64,000 nucleotides of DNA. Source: Patescibacteria group bacterium. Its GTDB lineage: Bacteria; Patescibacteriota; JAQUNI01. Positions 10,907 through 19,006 of this stretch are shown here, one piece after another. The position numbers were made by a program, and so were the translations under genes. The stretch is taken from positions 399,451 through 463,450 of the forward strand of contig JAQUNI010000001.1 in NCBI GenBank assembly GCA_028717685.1. The letters run 5' to 3'. The number at the start of each line of letters is the position of its first letter. Position 1 is the stretch's first letter. Below the pieces are notes generated by a model. The model saw nothing but the letters and a program-made list of their open reading frames with translations. It was not told where the DNA came from and did no database searches.

Positions 10907-11044
10907 ATTTCTAATTTTCAATTTCTAATTTCTATTAAATTTTTAATAGGTTAATTTTCAAATACTTGTTTTAAAAGGAAGTTTAAAAATTAAAACATTA
11001 GAAATTTAATGAAAATTTGTGCTTGAAAATTGAAAATTAAAAAA
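10907..11044. repeat. AT-rich palindromic intergenic element, family A (arms AATTTCTAATTTCTATTAAATTT / AAATTTAATAGAAATTAGAAATT)
   Basis: About 140 nt with about 30-nt terminal inverted repeats. Further copies at 24498-24636, 27207-27347, 39521-39768 and 60899-61052. Confidence 0.8.
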
Positions 11045-11045
11045 A

Positions 11046-11117
11046 GGGTCCGTAGCTCAGTGGTAGAGCGCCCGGCTCATAACCGGTTGGTCATAGGTTC
11101 GATCCCTATCGGACCCA
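11046..11117 (+). tRNA. tRNA with anticodon CAU (elongator Met or Ile2/lysidine type)
   Basis: A manual cloverleaf fits: acceptor GGGTCCG/CGGACCC, D-arm GCTC/GAGC, anticodon loop CTCATAA, T-loop TTCGATC, discriminator A, no encoded CCA. It is not initiator-like (1:72 is a G-C pair and there is no 3-GC anticodon stem). Confidence 0.8.
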
Positions 11118-11217
11118 CAATAAAAAGTGAAAAGTTAAAAGTTACAATTAAAAATTAAAGGTTCAAAATTTAAAATTGTAATTTTTAATTTTTCATTTTA
11201 CATTTTTAATTTATTCC

Positions 11218-11290
11218 GGGCCCATGGCTCAGTTGGTAGAGCGCCTCCATGGCATGGAGGAGGTCACCGGTCCGAATCCGGTTGGGTCCA
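11218..11290 (+). tRNA. tRNA-Ala (anticodon GGC)
   Basis: Cloverleaf with a G3:U70 pair (the Ala identity element) and anticodon loop ATGGCAT. The T-loop reads TCCGAAT, which is C55 rather than U55. No CCA is encoded. Confidence 0.75.
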
Positions 11291-11330
11291 CTCGAATTTT
11301 GAAACTTATACAACATAAAACGCGGAACAT

Positions 11331-11360
11331 AAAAAATTTCCCAAGAAGGGAAATTTTTGG
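11331..11360 (+). terminator. rho-independent terminator after tRNA pair
   Basis: AAATTTCCC-AAGAA-GGGAAATTT followed by TTGG. Confidence 0.6.
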
Positions 11361-11388
11361 TATAGAATCAAAATCAAATCAAAATTGA

Positions 11389-11489
11389 CCCCGTTAGAAA
11401 CATACCCCGCAGCTTGGCTAGCGGTTAACGTAGAAATATAGATAACTCGTGCGGTTGGGTTTCATGCCCCGCGCGAGTTTCTAACGGGG
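11389..11489 (+). other. long-loop hairpin with conserved arms CCCCGTTAGAAAC ... GTTTCTAACGGGG abutting a promoter -35
   Basis: 13-nt perfect inverted arms enclose a 75-nt GC-containing insert. The same arm sequence forms short hairpins at 32377-32408 and 60965-60996. Confidence 0.5.
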
Positions 11490-11518
11490 TTGACAAAAAA
11501 TTTTTGTAATGTTATATA
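11490..11518 (+). promoter_or_regulatory. sigma70-type promoter TTGACA-17-TATATA
   Basis: TTGACA at 11490-11495 and TATATA at 11513-11518. It drives ORF 11572-11913, which has a GGAGG SD. Confidence 0.65.
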
Positions 11519-11571
11519 GATATGTCTTGCTAAACTCAAAACAATTGTTCATTCATTAAAGGAGGGAAAAG

Positions 11572-11913
11572 ATGCCTAACAAGATAGGAAGGAAAAATTC
11601 CAGACCGAGGCATATGGAGGTATTAGAGATTCCGATTGATCCTAGAACTGGAAAAAAGGCGGATTGGGTGGGAATTAACCGAGGCAAACAGGTGATAGGA
11701 TTTTTTATTACTGTTGAACAAGAAAGCATAACGCCCGGGGCAAGAACCAACAGGGGCTGGAAATATTACCCTATCCCAGAGGAGGCATATTATGTTCTCT
11801 TTAATGTGACACCTGACGACCATCCAAAGATGAGAGACAATATAATCAAAATCGCGGAATTCCGCGATCAAAATAAGCAAAAGATGGAAACTTCTCGCGT
11901 GGAATCAAAATAA
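11572..11913 (+). CDS. hypothetical protein
   Basis: 113 aa with a strong SD (AAAGGAGGG) and a consensus promoter upstream. A terminator hairpin overlaps the stop. Confidence 0.6.
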   Translation: MPNKIGRKNSRPRHMEVLEIPIDPRTGKKADWVGINRGKQVIGFFITVEQESITPGARTNRGWKYYPIPEEAYYVLFNVTPDDHPKMRDNIIKIAEFRDQNKQKMETSRVESK

Positions 11914-11927
11914 ACGCGAGTTTTTTT
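11894..11927 (+). terminator. rho-independent terminator (CTCGCG...CGCGAG + T7)
   Basis: The stem is followed by TTTTTTT. A second hairpin (11936-11968) serves the convergent minus-strand gene. Confidence 0.6.
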
Positions 11928-11951
11928 AAATAAAAAACCTGCAGTTTTTAG

Positions 11952-13433
11952 CTACAGGTTGTTTTTTTGTACCAAAGTAATTTTTGAAAAAAAATCCTTG
12001 TATGCTGGCGCCACTCCGATATGGAAGGTCATACTCCTTAATGATTCCATAGTGGCGTCTAAAGCGCCAGCCCACTCAAGGTCGTCTAAAATGAATTTGA
12101 GACATTCCCTTTCGTGAGAGGAAATATTTTTATAAGAAATATCAAACGCCATTCCAGAGCAGTGCGTGGGCAGTTCTATTCTGGCATTAACATTGGAGCG
12201 AGAAAGAATCTTCTGGTATGCCAGCGTGCGCACCAAGGAAGTGATTTCCAAGGGTGTAAATTTCCCTCCAGATGCTTCAACAAGGCGCCGCGTTTCATAA
12301 GCGATATATATAATCGCCCCTGCAGCTTCTTTTGAAATCTGCTCGTATAATTTCCGATTGTTCGGGTCTTTCTTGCCAACATCATTCCGGACAAGAAATC
12401 CAAAGTAATCAGGATTATTCGGTAATTGGACGAGCCCAGCATCTTGCAGGTCTTGGGGTATTTTATATTTTAGATCATCCTTTTTGACCCAAAGCCACAA
12501 CCTGCTTGGAACCCTATCCCTCCCTTTGATAGGACTTTGATAGTTTTTCCAGAGTTCCCTGAAAGCTCCCGGACTTTGACGATATAATGTGAGCAATTCT
12601 TCTGCCCTTTTGATACGAAACCAATAAGTAGGCGAAGAATCGCGAGCTAGATGCTTTTTGACCCCTAAATACAGTGGTCGGTTATACGCCGGACTGCACT
12701 TAAAGAATATCTCTGACATAGTAATAGGTCCAGAGATTCCGGAAGATCCTTTGGCAAGGTTTATAAGTTCATTAGTCCCGCCTTCGCCGCAATGATAAGC
12801 GGCTATGGCTAAATCACGACCACCGAACTTTCCTTCTAATCTTTGAAGATATTGAGCCGCTGCAGGAATGGCTAATTCAGGAACCATCCTATCATCCCTT
12901 ATAATTGTTTGATAAGGAATTCTTTGCCGTTTGGTTATATATCTTATTTTCTTCCCCTTTTTTGTCCTGACCTTGACGGCAATCCTTTTGGAAACAATTT
13001 TATATCTGGTACCTCTTTCTATCTTCAGACCCATTTGTTTTGCCGTGCCTTCAGCAATCTGCATCGGACCTTTAGGACCAGTGGGGCTTTGAACCGCAAG
13101 ACCCCAGCTTTCTAAGAAGCAAATAGCCTCTAGGGTCTTTTTGGGGAAACTGCTGACTCGTTCAGCTTTTCTAAAGGCGCTTTGAAGCTTTTTTGAGCTT
13201 ACCACACGCTTAGCCCCTTCTAGGGATTCAGGGTGGCGCAAAATGACAAAGGTTTGGCTTTCAATCATTTGCCTTGTCCTTTGACCTAAAATTTCATTAG
13301 TCATATTTGCCCTCGAAATTCCGATCCCGTCAATCTGTTCCGGCGGCACGAAATATCTTGGTTTTTTCTCCTCTTGGCAACTAATTAACAATGAACAAAG
13401 AAAAATCACAACAATAAAAGTAAATCTCTTCAT
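11952..13433 (-). CDS. lipoprotein with lytic transglycosylase (SLT) domain
   Basis: Lipobox-like LLISC after the signal peptide. SLT catalytic block (...FLESWGL...GPKGPMQIAEGTAKQMGL). Confidence 0.7.
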   Translation of the reverse strand: MKRFTFIVVIFLCSLLISCQEEKKPRYFVPPEQIDGIGISRANMTNEILGQRTRQMIESQTFVILRHPESLEGAKRVVSSKKLQSAFRKAERVSSFPKKTLEAICFLESWGLAVQSPTGPKGPMQIAEGTAKQMGLKIERGTRYKIVSKRIAVKVRTKKGKKIRYITKRQRIPYQTIIRDDRMVPELAIPAAAQYLQRLEGKFGGRDLAIAAYHCGEGGTNELINLAKGSSGISGPITMSEIFFKCSPAYNRPLYLGVKKHLARDSSPTYWFRIKRAEELLTLYRQSPGAFRELWKNYQSPIKGRDRVPSRLWLWVKKDDLKYKIPQDLQDAGLVQLPNNPDYFGFLVRNDVGKKDPNNRKLYEQISKEAAGAIIYIAYETRRLVEASGGKFTPLEITSLVRTLAYQKILSRSNVNARIELPTHCSGMAFDISYKNISSHERECLKFILDDLEWAGALDATMESLRSMTFHIGVAPAYKDFFSKITLVQKNNL

Positions 13434-13594
13434 AGCGTCCGTCCTCCCTTATCTATTACGATCTATATCTATAAAACATTCAAAACAATTTTTCAGTGAT
13501 TGAAAAATGATTATGGCACATTTATTGAAAAAATGCAAGGAAAAGTACATCGTCATTGCGAGGGATCCGCCCAGGGTGGATTTTATAATTCAAG

Positions 13595-13629
13595 ATATAT
13601 TAAAAAGCAGAGAAACAAGATTCTCTGCT
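13595..13629 (-). terminator. intrinsic terminator downstream of radical SAM gene (bidirectional)
   Basis: AGCAGAGAA-ACAAGA-TTCTCTGCT, with TTTTAATAT on the minus strand. Confidence 0.6.
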
Positions 13630-13641
13630 TGAAGTTTTGGA

Positions 13642-15195
13642 TTAAGTAAAGTGCTTCTGCACTCTGCTTAATACCTCTTGGTATAAACATTGCGGGATAG
13701 ACTTGCCATCCTTGGGCGGACAATGGCAGTTGAACATCCCGTGACGGGCATAATTTTCACTTCTGTGCCAGATATCCGCTAAAGATTCTTTGCGGACATC
13801 CTCACTGAATACAGTTACGTCATCGCCAGGGCAGCGCAGAACAATCCCACGCGAAGTGATATACATTCCGCAGGCAACCTGGTTGCAGGGGTGACCGCCA
13901 GCGTAAGCGGAAACCCCATTCTCTGAAAGTTCTTTAAGCGTATTTACACCCTTTTCAATATTATAAATATTGATCCGGGTATACAGTGCGATGAGCTCTT
14001 CTTCCCGCGGCGTAAGGTCTTTCCACGATTCCCGCGCTCTACCCGCGCACATAGAAACAGTAGTTACGGGGTAGATATTGCGCTCCCGAGCAAAGACATA
14101 AATGTCATAAATTTCGTGAATATTCTGCTTAGTGATTGGAACAATGGCAAGGCACAGCCTTGTTGGCTGACCCTGATTAAATCCGGCTTCTGCTAGAAGT
14201 TCTAGAGCGCGGTTGCGCTTTTCAGTATAACCTTGAACGCCGACCATTTCATCTTGCAAAGCTGGATCAAAGGAATTAAAGCCGACATTAAGACTCACAC
14301 CCAGATCCTTGATGACACTGACCAACTCCCGAGCAGAAAGATTGAAATATTTATTGGCTAGCGCGTCATCGCCTAAGACATGGGCTTTCGTAAAAATATT
14401 GACCTTAATGCCTAAACTTTTTAATTGTTCCAAAAAAATTAGAAAATACTTATCCTCAAAAGGCTCGCCGGCACCTAAAATCTTAATGCTTTCTAAACCA
14501 AGTTCTTGGGCCTGACTATTAATCAAATATAATATCTCTATAGGCAGTAAACAAGGATTTGAACTACGGTTTACAGCGCCATTGCGCCGGAAACAATGAG
14601 GACAATTTAAGGAACAATACTCGCCGAAATCAAGATCCAGAGTGAGTAATTTGCCGGTATTTTGCGCAAGATATTCTTTACTAAAACTCCAGCCATCCAC
14701 ATCATTAACAAAGTTATTTGGCACCTGCTCTTTGCCGGGGCAAATAGGATTGATTTGATGGGGAAAAATGGACCTGCGTTTAGAGAAATCATTTTGCGTA
14801 AGGGCTGAACTTATCGCAATAATTATTTGCTTGGTGTTATCCTTATTTTTGCGCGGAATATCGGGTAAATTAACGCCTTCTTGCTCACTCTCATAGCGAT
14901 CAGAAAGATTAGTAGCCCTGTTCCGATCAAGCCAAGTAAAACCGTCAGGAATCGCACCTTTGCAGGTCAAGATAAAATTCTTGTCATCCACTTTGGTCAG
15001 TTCAACTTCAATATTGGTTTCATAACCTTTTTCACTTAGGACGTGTAAAATCGTGGGTCCGGTTTGGAAACCATAACCATAAATCAAAAACTGAACAGCA
15101 GAAGTGTTATAGCCGGCAAAAAGCGGCATTACCAGATTGATTGTTAAACACACGATAGCCGCCAAAATAAACCAAAAATTTCTTTTCATTTTCAA
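13642..15195 (-). CDS. radical SAM protein with C-terminal Cys-rich (SPASM/twitch-like) region and N-terminal hydrophobic anchor; paralog 1
   Basis: CSLNCPHCF (CxxxCxxC) motif and G-rich SAM-binding GAGEPF. C-terminal region HPCNQVACG...CPG...CHC...C. The N-terminus MKMKRNFWFILAAIVCLTINLV looks like a signal anchor. SD AAGGAGGT. Confidence 0.85.
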   Translation of the reverse strand: MKMKRNFWFILAAIVCLTINLVMPLFAGYNTSAVQFLIYGYGFQTGPTILHVLSEKGYETNIEVELTKVDDKNFILTCKGAIPDGFTWLDRNRATNLSDRYESEQEGVNLPDIPRKNKDNTKQIIIAISSALTQNDFSKRRSIFPHQINPICPGKEQVPNNFVNDVDGWSFSKEYLAQNTGKLLTLDLDFGEYCSLNCPHCFRRNGAVNRSSNPCLLPIEILYLINSQAQELGLESIKILGAGEPFEDKYFLIFLEQLKSLGIKVNIFTKAHVLGDDALANKYFNLSARELVSVIKDLGVSLNVGFNSFDPALQDEMVGVQGYTEKRNRALELLAEAGFNQGQPTRLCLAIVPITKQNIHEIYDIYVFARERNIYPVTTVSMCAGRARESWKDLTPREEELIALYTRINIYNIEKGVNTLKELSENGVSAYAGGHPCNQVACGMYITSRGIVLRCPGDDVTVFSEDVRKESLADIWHRSENYARHGMFNCHCPPKDGKSIPQCLYQEVLSRVQKHFT

Positions 15196-15284
15196 TTACC
15201 TCCTTAAAAAACATGCAGAATTTCAACAAGAGAAGTTTTGAAGGGGAGAGGATAAAATGGCGGTCTTTTATCCTCTCCTTGAGA

Positions 15285-16853
15285 TTATGCTGTCTGTAGC
15301 ACCTTTGCCTCTATATTTTTATAGAAATTTTGAGGCAAAGAGAAACCATCACGGGCAACACAATGATAATTGTATCGCTTGCCGTACTTGGCTCGCTGAT
15401 AGTTGGAAGATTTCATCCAAACATCCCGTAAGGATGTTTCTTGACGAATATCACGAGTGAAGATAGTGCTCTGATCCACTCTACCGGGACAGAGATTGAC
15501 CTGTCCAGATAGATTCAGGAAGAATCCGGCGGCGGTTTGATTACAAACATGGCATCCAGGATATAAGGACACCCCATCTTCCACAAAAGTTTCCTTGGAG
15601 ATAAGATTTTTTTGGACTGCCCAGATGTAAATCTTGGCCCACAGATCTTCAAGTTCCGAAATATACTCTTTATGCTTTTTCTCGAGTTCCAACTCGTCTA
15701 GCCCTTTACCACTGATAGTTGTTGGACAGGTCAACATATAAATATTTCTCGGTCTTGCCCATGAATACAGATCGAAAATTTCATCTACATTCTCTGGTTT
15801 TACTGGCGCGGCGATCATCGCTAAACGAGTCGCTTCGCCTTCGTAGTATTCATTAAATCCAGCTTTAACTAGATTTAATAACGCCTGATCTCTAAAATCC
15901 ACATAATTTTTCAGCAATGCAGACGATTTATACTTATCTACACCTGTGAAACTTTCTTGCATCTCACGATTAAAAGAATTAAAGCCAAGTAAAATGCTAA
16001 CTTTCAATTCTTTAATTCGTTGCGTTAACTCCAATCCGGAATAAATTCCACGATGGCTATTATACTTTCTGGCTAACTCATCGCAACCTAATACATGTCC
16101 TTTGCTAAAAACTGCTACTCCAACATCTAATTTGGTCATTTCTTCCAGAAATTCAAGAAATCTTGAATTCTGGAATGGTTCGCCCCTGCCCAAGATCTTG
16201 ATTTGCTTTAAACCAAGCGTTTTCGCTTCTTGAACATAGCCCACTATTTCCTCGTGGGTGAGAGGGTTATTGGCGAGGTCAAAACGCTTGTCCCTGCGAA
16301 AACAATGCGGACAGGCAAGTCCGCAAGTATTGCCAATATCAAGGTCCATAGTTAATAATCGCGCTGTCCCGTCTGGAAGGGTAGAATGTAATTCCTCTTT
16401 ACTAATATTGCCCCACCATTTGACGTTATTCTTATAACCTTCAGGGAATTGGCCGGGGAACATTACAGGAATTTTGGCAGTGAGCAGATCCAAAGACGAA
16501 TCGCGTCTTTGAATTATGGCTAACACATAAAGCATTGTTGGCTCTGCCTTCATTGCTGCGACCTTTTTGACAGAGACCTGAACATGCGGCTTGGACTCAA
16601 CTGGGATTTCTAGCCAACCAGCGCCTTCGCCTTTAAACGAAAACTTGCCAGAATTCTTACCATCTATTGAAATAATTTCTCCGTAATTGACACTAACTTC
16701 ATTACTTGTTCCGTCCAGCGTTAAAAACGACAGACAACCCTCTCCGGTTGTATCAATGCCTTTTACTGCCAGCGAGTGGCTAATATCCAAAGACACATTC
16801 ATCGCCACGAGCATAACCGACACGAGAATAATTAATATTCTTTTCATTTTCAA
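15285..16853 (-). CDS. radical SAM protein, paralog 2 (same architecture as 13642-15195)
   Basis: CGLACPHCF motif, GRGEPF, C-terminal CHVCNQTAAG...CPG...HC, and the N-terminus MKMKRILIILVSVMLVAM. The SD context GGAGGTAATTGAAAATG is identical to that of paralog 1. Confidence 0.85.
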   Translation of the reverse strand: MKMKRILIILVSVMLVAMNVSLDISHSLAVKGIDTTGEGCLSFLTLDGTSNEVSVNYGEIISIDGKNSGKFSFKGEGAGWLEIPVESKPHVQVSVKKVAAMKAEPTMLYVLAIIQRRDSSLDLLTAKIPVMFPGQFPEGYKNNVKWWGNISKEELHSTLPDGTARLLTMDLDIGNTCGLACPHCFRRDKRFDLANNPLTHEEIVGYVQEAKTLGLKQIKILGRGEPFQNSRFLEFLEEMTKLDVGVAVFSKGHVLGCDELARKYNSHRGIYSGLELTQRIKELKVSILLGFNSFNREMQESFTGVDKYKSSALLKNYVDFRDQALLNLVKAGFNEYYEGEATRLAMIAAPVKPENVDEIFDLYSWARPRNIYMLTCPTTISGKGLDELELEKKHKEYISELEDLWAKIYIWAVQKNLISKETFVEDGVSLYPGCHVCNQTAAGFFLNLSGQVNLCPGRVDQSTIFTRDIRQETSLRDVWMKSSNYQRAKYGKRYNYHCVARDGFSLPQNFYKNIEAKVLQTA

Positions 16854-16861
16854 TTACCTCC

Positions 16862-17092
16862 TCATTTAAACTGGGTTACAACCTCATCTACATTGTCTTT
16901 GACTCGCTCGCAAATCTGCTTTTTGATTTCCGCAATGGTATCGGGATCCAAGCCCAGCTCTTTTGCTTTTTCCTTTAATTCATTAAGCAGGAAATATATT
17001 TCCATAAGGGCGTAGCCAAATCCCATGCTGTAATTATTCCGAGCCACGCCATCGCAGATAGTCTTCATATAATTTGGCACATTTTCTTCCAT
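16862..17092 (-). CDS. small helical protein (76 aa) immediately upstream of the radical SAM pair; candidate partner or precursor peptide
   Basis: AGGAGG SD 8 nt upstream. There is an 8-nt gap to the downstream radical SAM gene. Two Cys residues. Confidence 0.55.
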   Translation of the reverse strand: MEENVPNYMKTICDGVARNNYSMGFGYALMEIYFLLNELKEKAKELGLDPDTIAEIKKQICERVKDNVDEVVTQFK

Positions 17093-17281
17093 CCTTCTAT
17101 CCTCCTATTTCCTCTTTTAAGGGTGAGCGTTAAACATTTATTTGACAAAGTTCATTTTTTGTTTTGTTATGACATTATAGCATATCTAAATATAATTGTC
17201 AATAGTTTTGGTCAAATTGACTTAATTATTTGTCTTTAAAATGGAGATAAAAATGATAATTAAATATTTTGTTGAAAGGTC

Positions 17282-17310
17282 TTGACACAAAAATAGGGGG
17301 AGTATATAAT
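17282..17310 (+). promoter_or_regulatory. perfect-consensus sigma70 promoter TTGACA-17-TATAAT for the TrmB-family regulator
   Basis: TTGACA at 17282-17287 and TATAAT at 17305-17310. It is followed by a 120-nt leader containing two G/C hairpins (CCCCCTTATCAGGGGG; CCCTCCCTGATAATGGAGGG). Confidence 0.7.
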
Positions 17311-17432
17311 AAAAACAAGGGTAAACCCCCTTAATCCCCCTTATCAGGGGGAAAATTAATTTCCCTCCCTGATAATGGAGGGTTGGGTTAATTCTTCCCC
17401 AGAATAAAAAATACTCATAACAACAAACATCT

Positions 17433-18242
17433 ATGCCTAAAATTGACTCAAGTTTACAAGCCGCTCTATCTGACCTTGGTTTTAGCGACAAGGAAACCAA
17501 GGTGTATTTAGCTTTGCTTGAAATAGGAAGAGGAACCGTGAGCGCGATTGCCCGCACTGCGAGTATTAACCGCACCACGGGATATAATATCTTGGATGTT
17601 CTAGTGAGCAAGGGTTTAGCGCGCATTTCCGGCAAAGAGCCGAAAGAGGAATATGTGGCGGAAGCGCCGAATGTGATTACCAAACTTTTGAAAGAAAAAA
17701 TCGCCGCGTATGAAGCGCAACTAAAAAAAGCGGCAAAACTTGTGCCGCAACTAGCGACGATCCACAATATTGTTGACCGACCGAAGGTAAAATTTTATGA
17801 AGGGAAAGAAGGATTAATTGAAGTTTATGAAGATACTTTAACCTCCACCGAAGAAATCAGAGCTTATGCTACTTTGGATGATATGTATCAGGCCTTGCCT
17901 AATTATTTTCCCGACTATTTTAAGAGGCGAGCGAAAAAGAAGATTCCAATTAAAGCTATTATTCCTTTTACAAAAGTGGCTACCGAAAGAATGAAATACA
18001 ACAAAGAAGAGATGAGAACTGCAGCTTTAATTCCTGAGAGACAATTTCGCTTTTCACCCGAGATCAACATCTATGACAATAAAGTAATGATCGCCTCTTG
18101 GCGGGAAAAACTGGGGATTATTATTGAGAGCGCGGAAATAGCAGACGCGATGAAAAAAATTTATGAGCTGGCTTGGGCGGAAGCAAAAAGATTGGATCGG
18201 GAGACGCGAGAGTCTCCTCCCATTGGCTTGAGGAAGGATTAA
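17433..18242 (+). CDS. TrmB-family transcriptional regulator
   Basis: N-terminal winged HTH typical of TrmB (KVYLALLEIGRGTVSAIARTASINRTTGYNILDVLVSKGL) plus a C-terminal effector domain. Confidence 0.75.
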   Translation: MPKIDSSLQAALSDLGFSDKETKVYLALLEIGRGTVSAIARTASINRTTGYNILDVLVSKGLARISGKEPKEEYVAEAPNVITKLLKEKIAAYEAQLKKAAKLVPQLATIHNIVDRPKVKFYEGKEGLIEVYEDTLTSTEEIRAYATLDDMYQALPNYFPDYFKRRAKKKIPIKAIIPFTKVATERMKYNKEEMRTAALIPERQFRFSPEINIYDNKVMIASWREKLGIIIESAEIADAMKKIYELAWAEAKRLDRETRESPPIGLRKD

Positions 18243-18273
18243 AAAAAAGTCTATCTAAAGAATAGAAAGGTTA

Positions 18274-18312
18274 TCCTCCCACCCCCTCCATCTCCCCCTC
18301 GGGCAGGGGGAG
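18274..18312 (+). repeat. GC-rich dispersed repeat, family R (TCCCACCCCCTCCATCTCCCCCTCGGGCAGGGGGAG)
   Basis: Near-identical copies at 35191-35226, 45129-45165, 45271-45312, 45735-45774, and 62262-62318 (inverted). Contains the hairpin CTCCCCCTC-GGG-CAGGGGGAG. Confidence 0.8.
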
Positions 18313-18415
18313 TGCAATCTCCTCACGGAATGGCTCTTGCGTTACGCGTTATATGTTATAAGTTACACGAAGATGTGCTAAAATAAATTCACCCCTAATT
18401 CATGCTTCCTGATTT

Positions 18416-18970
18416 ATGCTTCCATTCAAAAACCAAGAAAAAAAACTCGTCAAAAAAGCCCAAAGGGATCCTGAAGCCTTTGTGGAGCTTTATAATTTTT
18501 ATTTTCCCAAAATCTTCCGCTTTGCCGCTTACCGCGTGAGCAGCCTTGAGGATACGGAAGATGTGGTGGCGGATATTTTTGAAAAAGCTTTGAAATACCT
18601 CTCCCGTTTCCGCTGGAGGGAAAACGCTAACTTTGGCTCCTGGCTTTTCCAAATCGCCCGCAATACCATTATTGACTATTACAAAAAAAACTCTCGCGGG
18701 CGGTTGGTAAACCTTGCGGATTTGCCCGAAATCGCCTCCCACGAAATCCTACCTTCCGACGCGGTAAAGCGCAAAGAAGGCTTCCAAGAACTGCAAAAAT
18801 TAGTAAATACACTGCCCGCTCGGCAAGCCGAGATCGTCGCTTTGCGTTTTTTTGCTGAAAGGCGGAATAAAGAAATAGCCCAAATCCTCAAGATCTCGGA
18901 AAAAACCGTCGCCTCTAACCTCTGCCGCGCCCTGCGCACTCTCCACCGCCGTTACCAAAATTTGCAGTAA
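18416..18970 (+). CDS. ECF-type RNA polymerase sigma factor (sigma-70 regions 2 and 4)
   Basis: Region 2 (FPKIFRFAAYRV...DVVADIF) and a region 4 HTH (EIVALRFFAERRNKEIAQILKISEKTVASNL). Confidence 0.8.
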   Translation: MLPFKNQEKKLVKKAQRDPEAFVELYNFYFPKIFRFAAYRVSSLEDTEDVVADIFEKALKYLSRFRWRENANFGSWLFQIARNTIIDYYKKNSRGRLVNLADLPEIASHEILPSDAVKRKEGFQELQKLVNTLPARQAEIVALRFFAERRNKEIAQILKISEKTVASNLCRALRTLHRRYQNLQ

Positions 18971-19006
18971 TTAAACTAGCAACCTTGTTATAATATATAT
19001 AAACTT

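Noticed and set aside
12114-13115. Small plus-strand ORFs inside the SLT-lipoprotein gene
   Set aside because: They are antisense shadow ORFs with no SD.
17222-17767. 181-aa minus-strand ORF overlapping the TrmB regulator gene and its promoter
   Set aside because: It is antisense to a well-supported HTH regulator gene and has no SD. The plus-strand gene has a perfect promoter and a recognisable domain.
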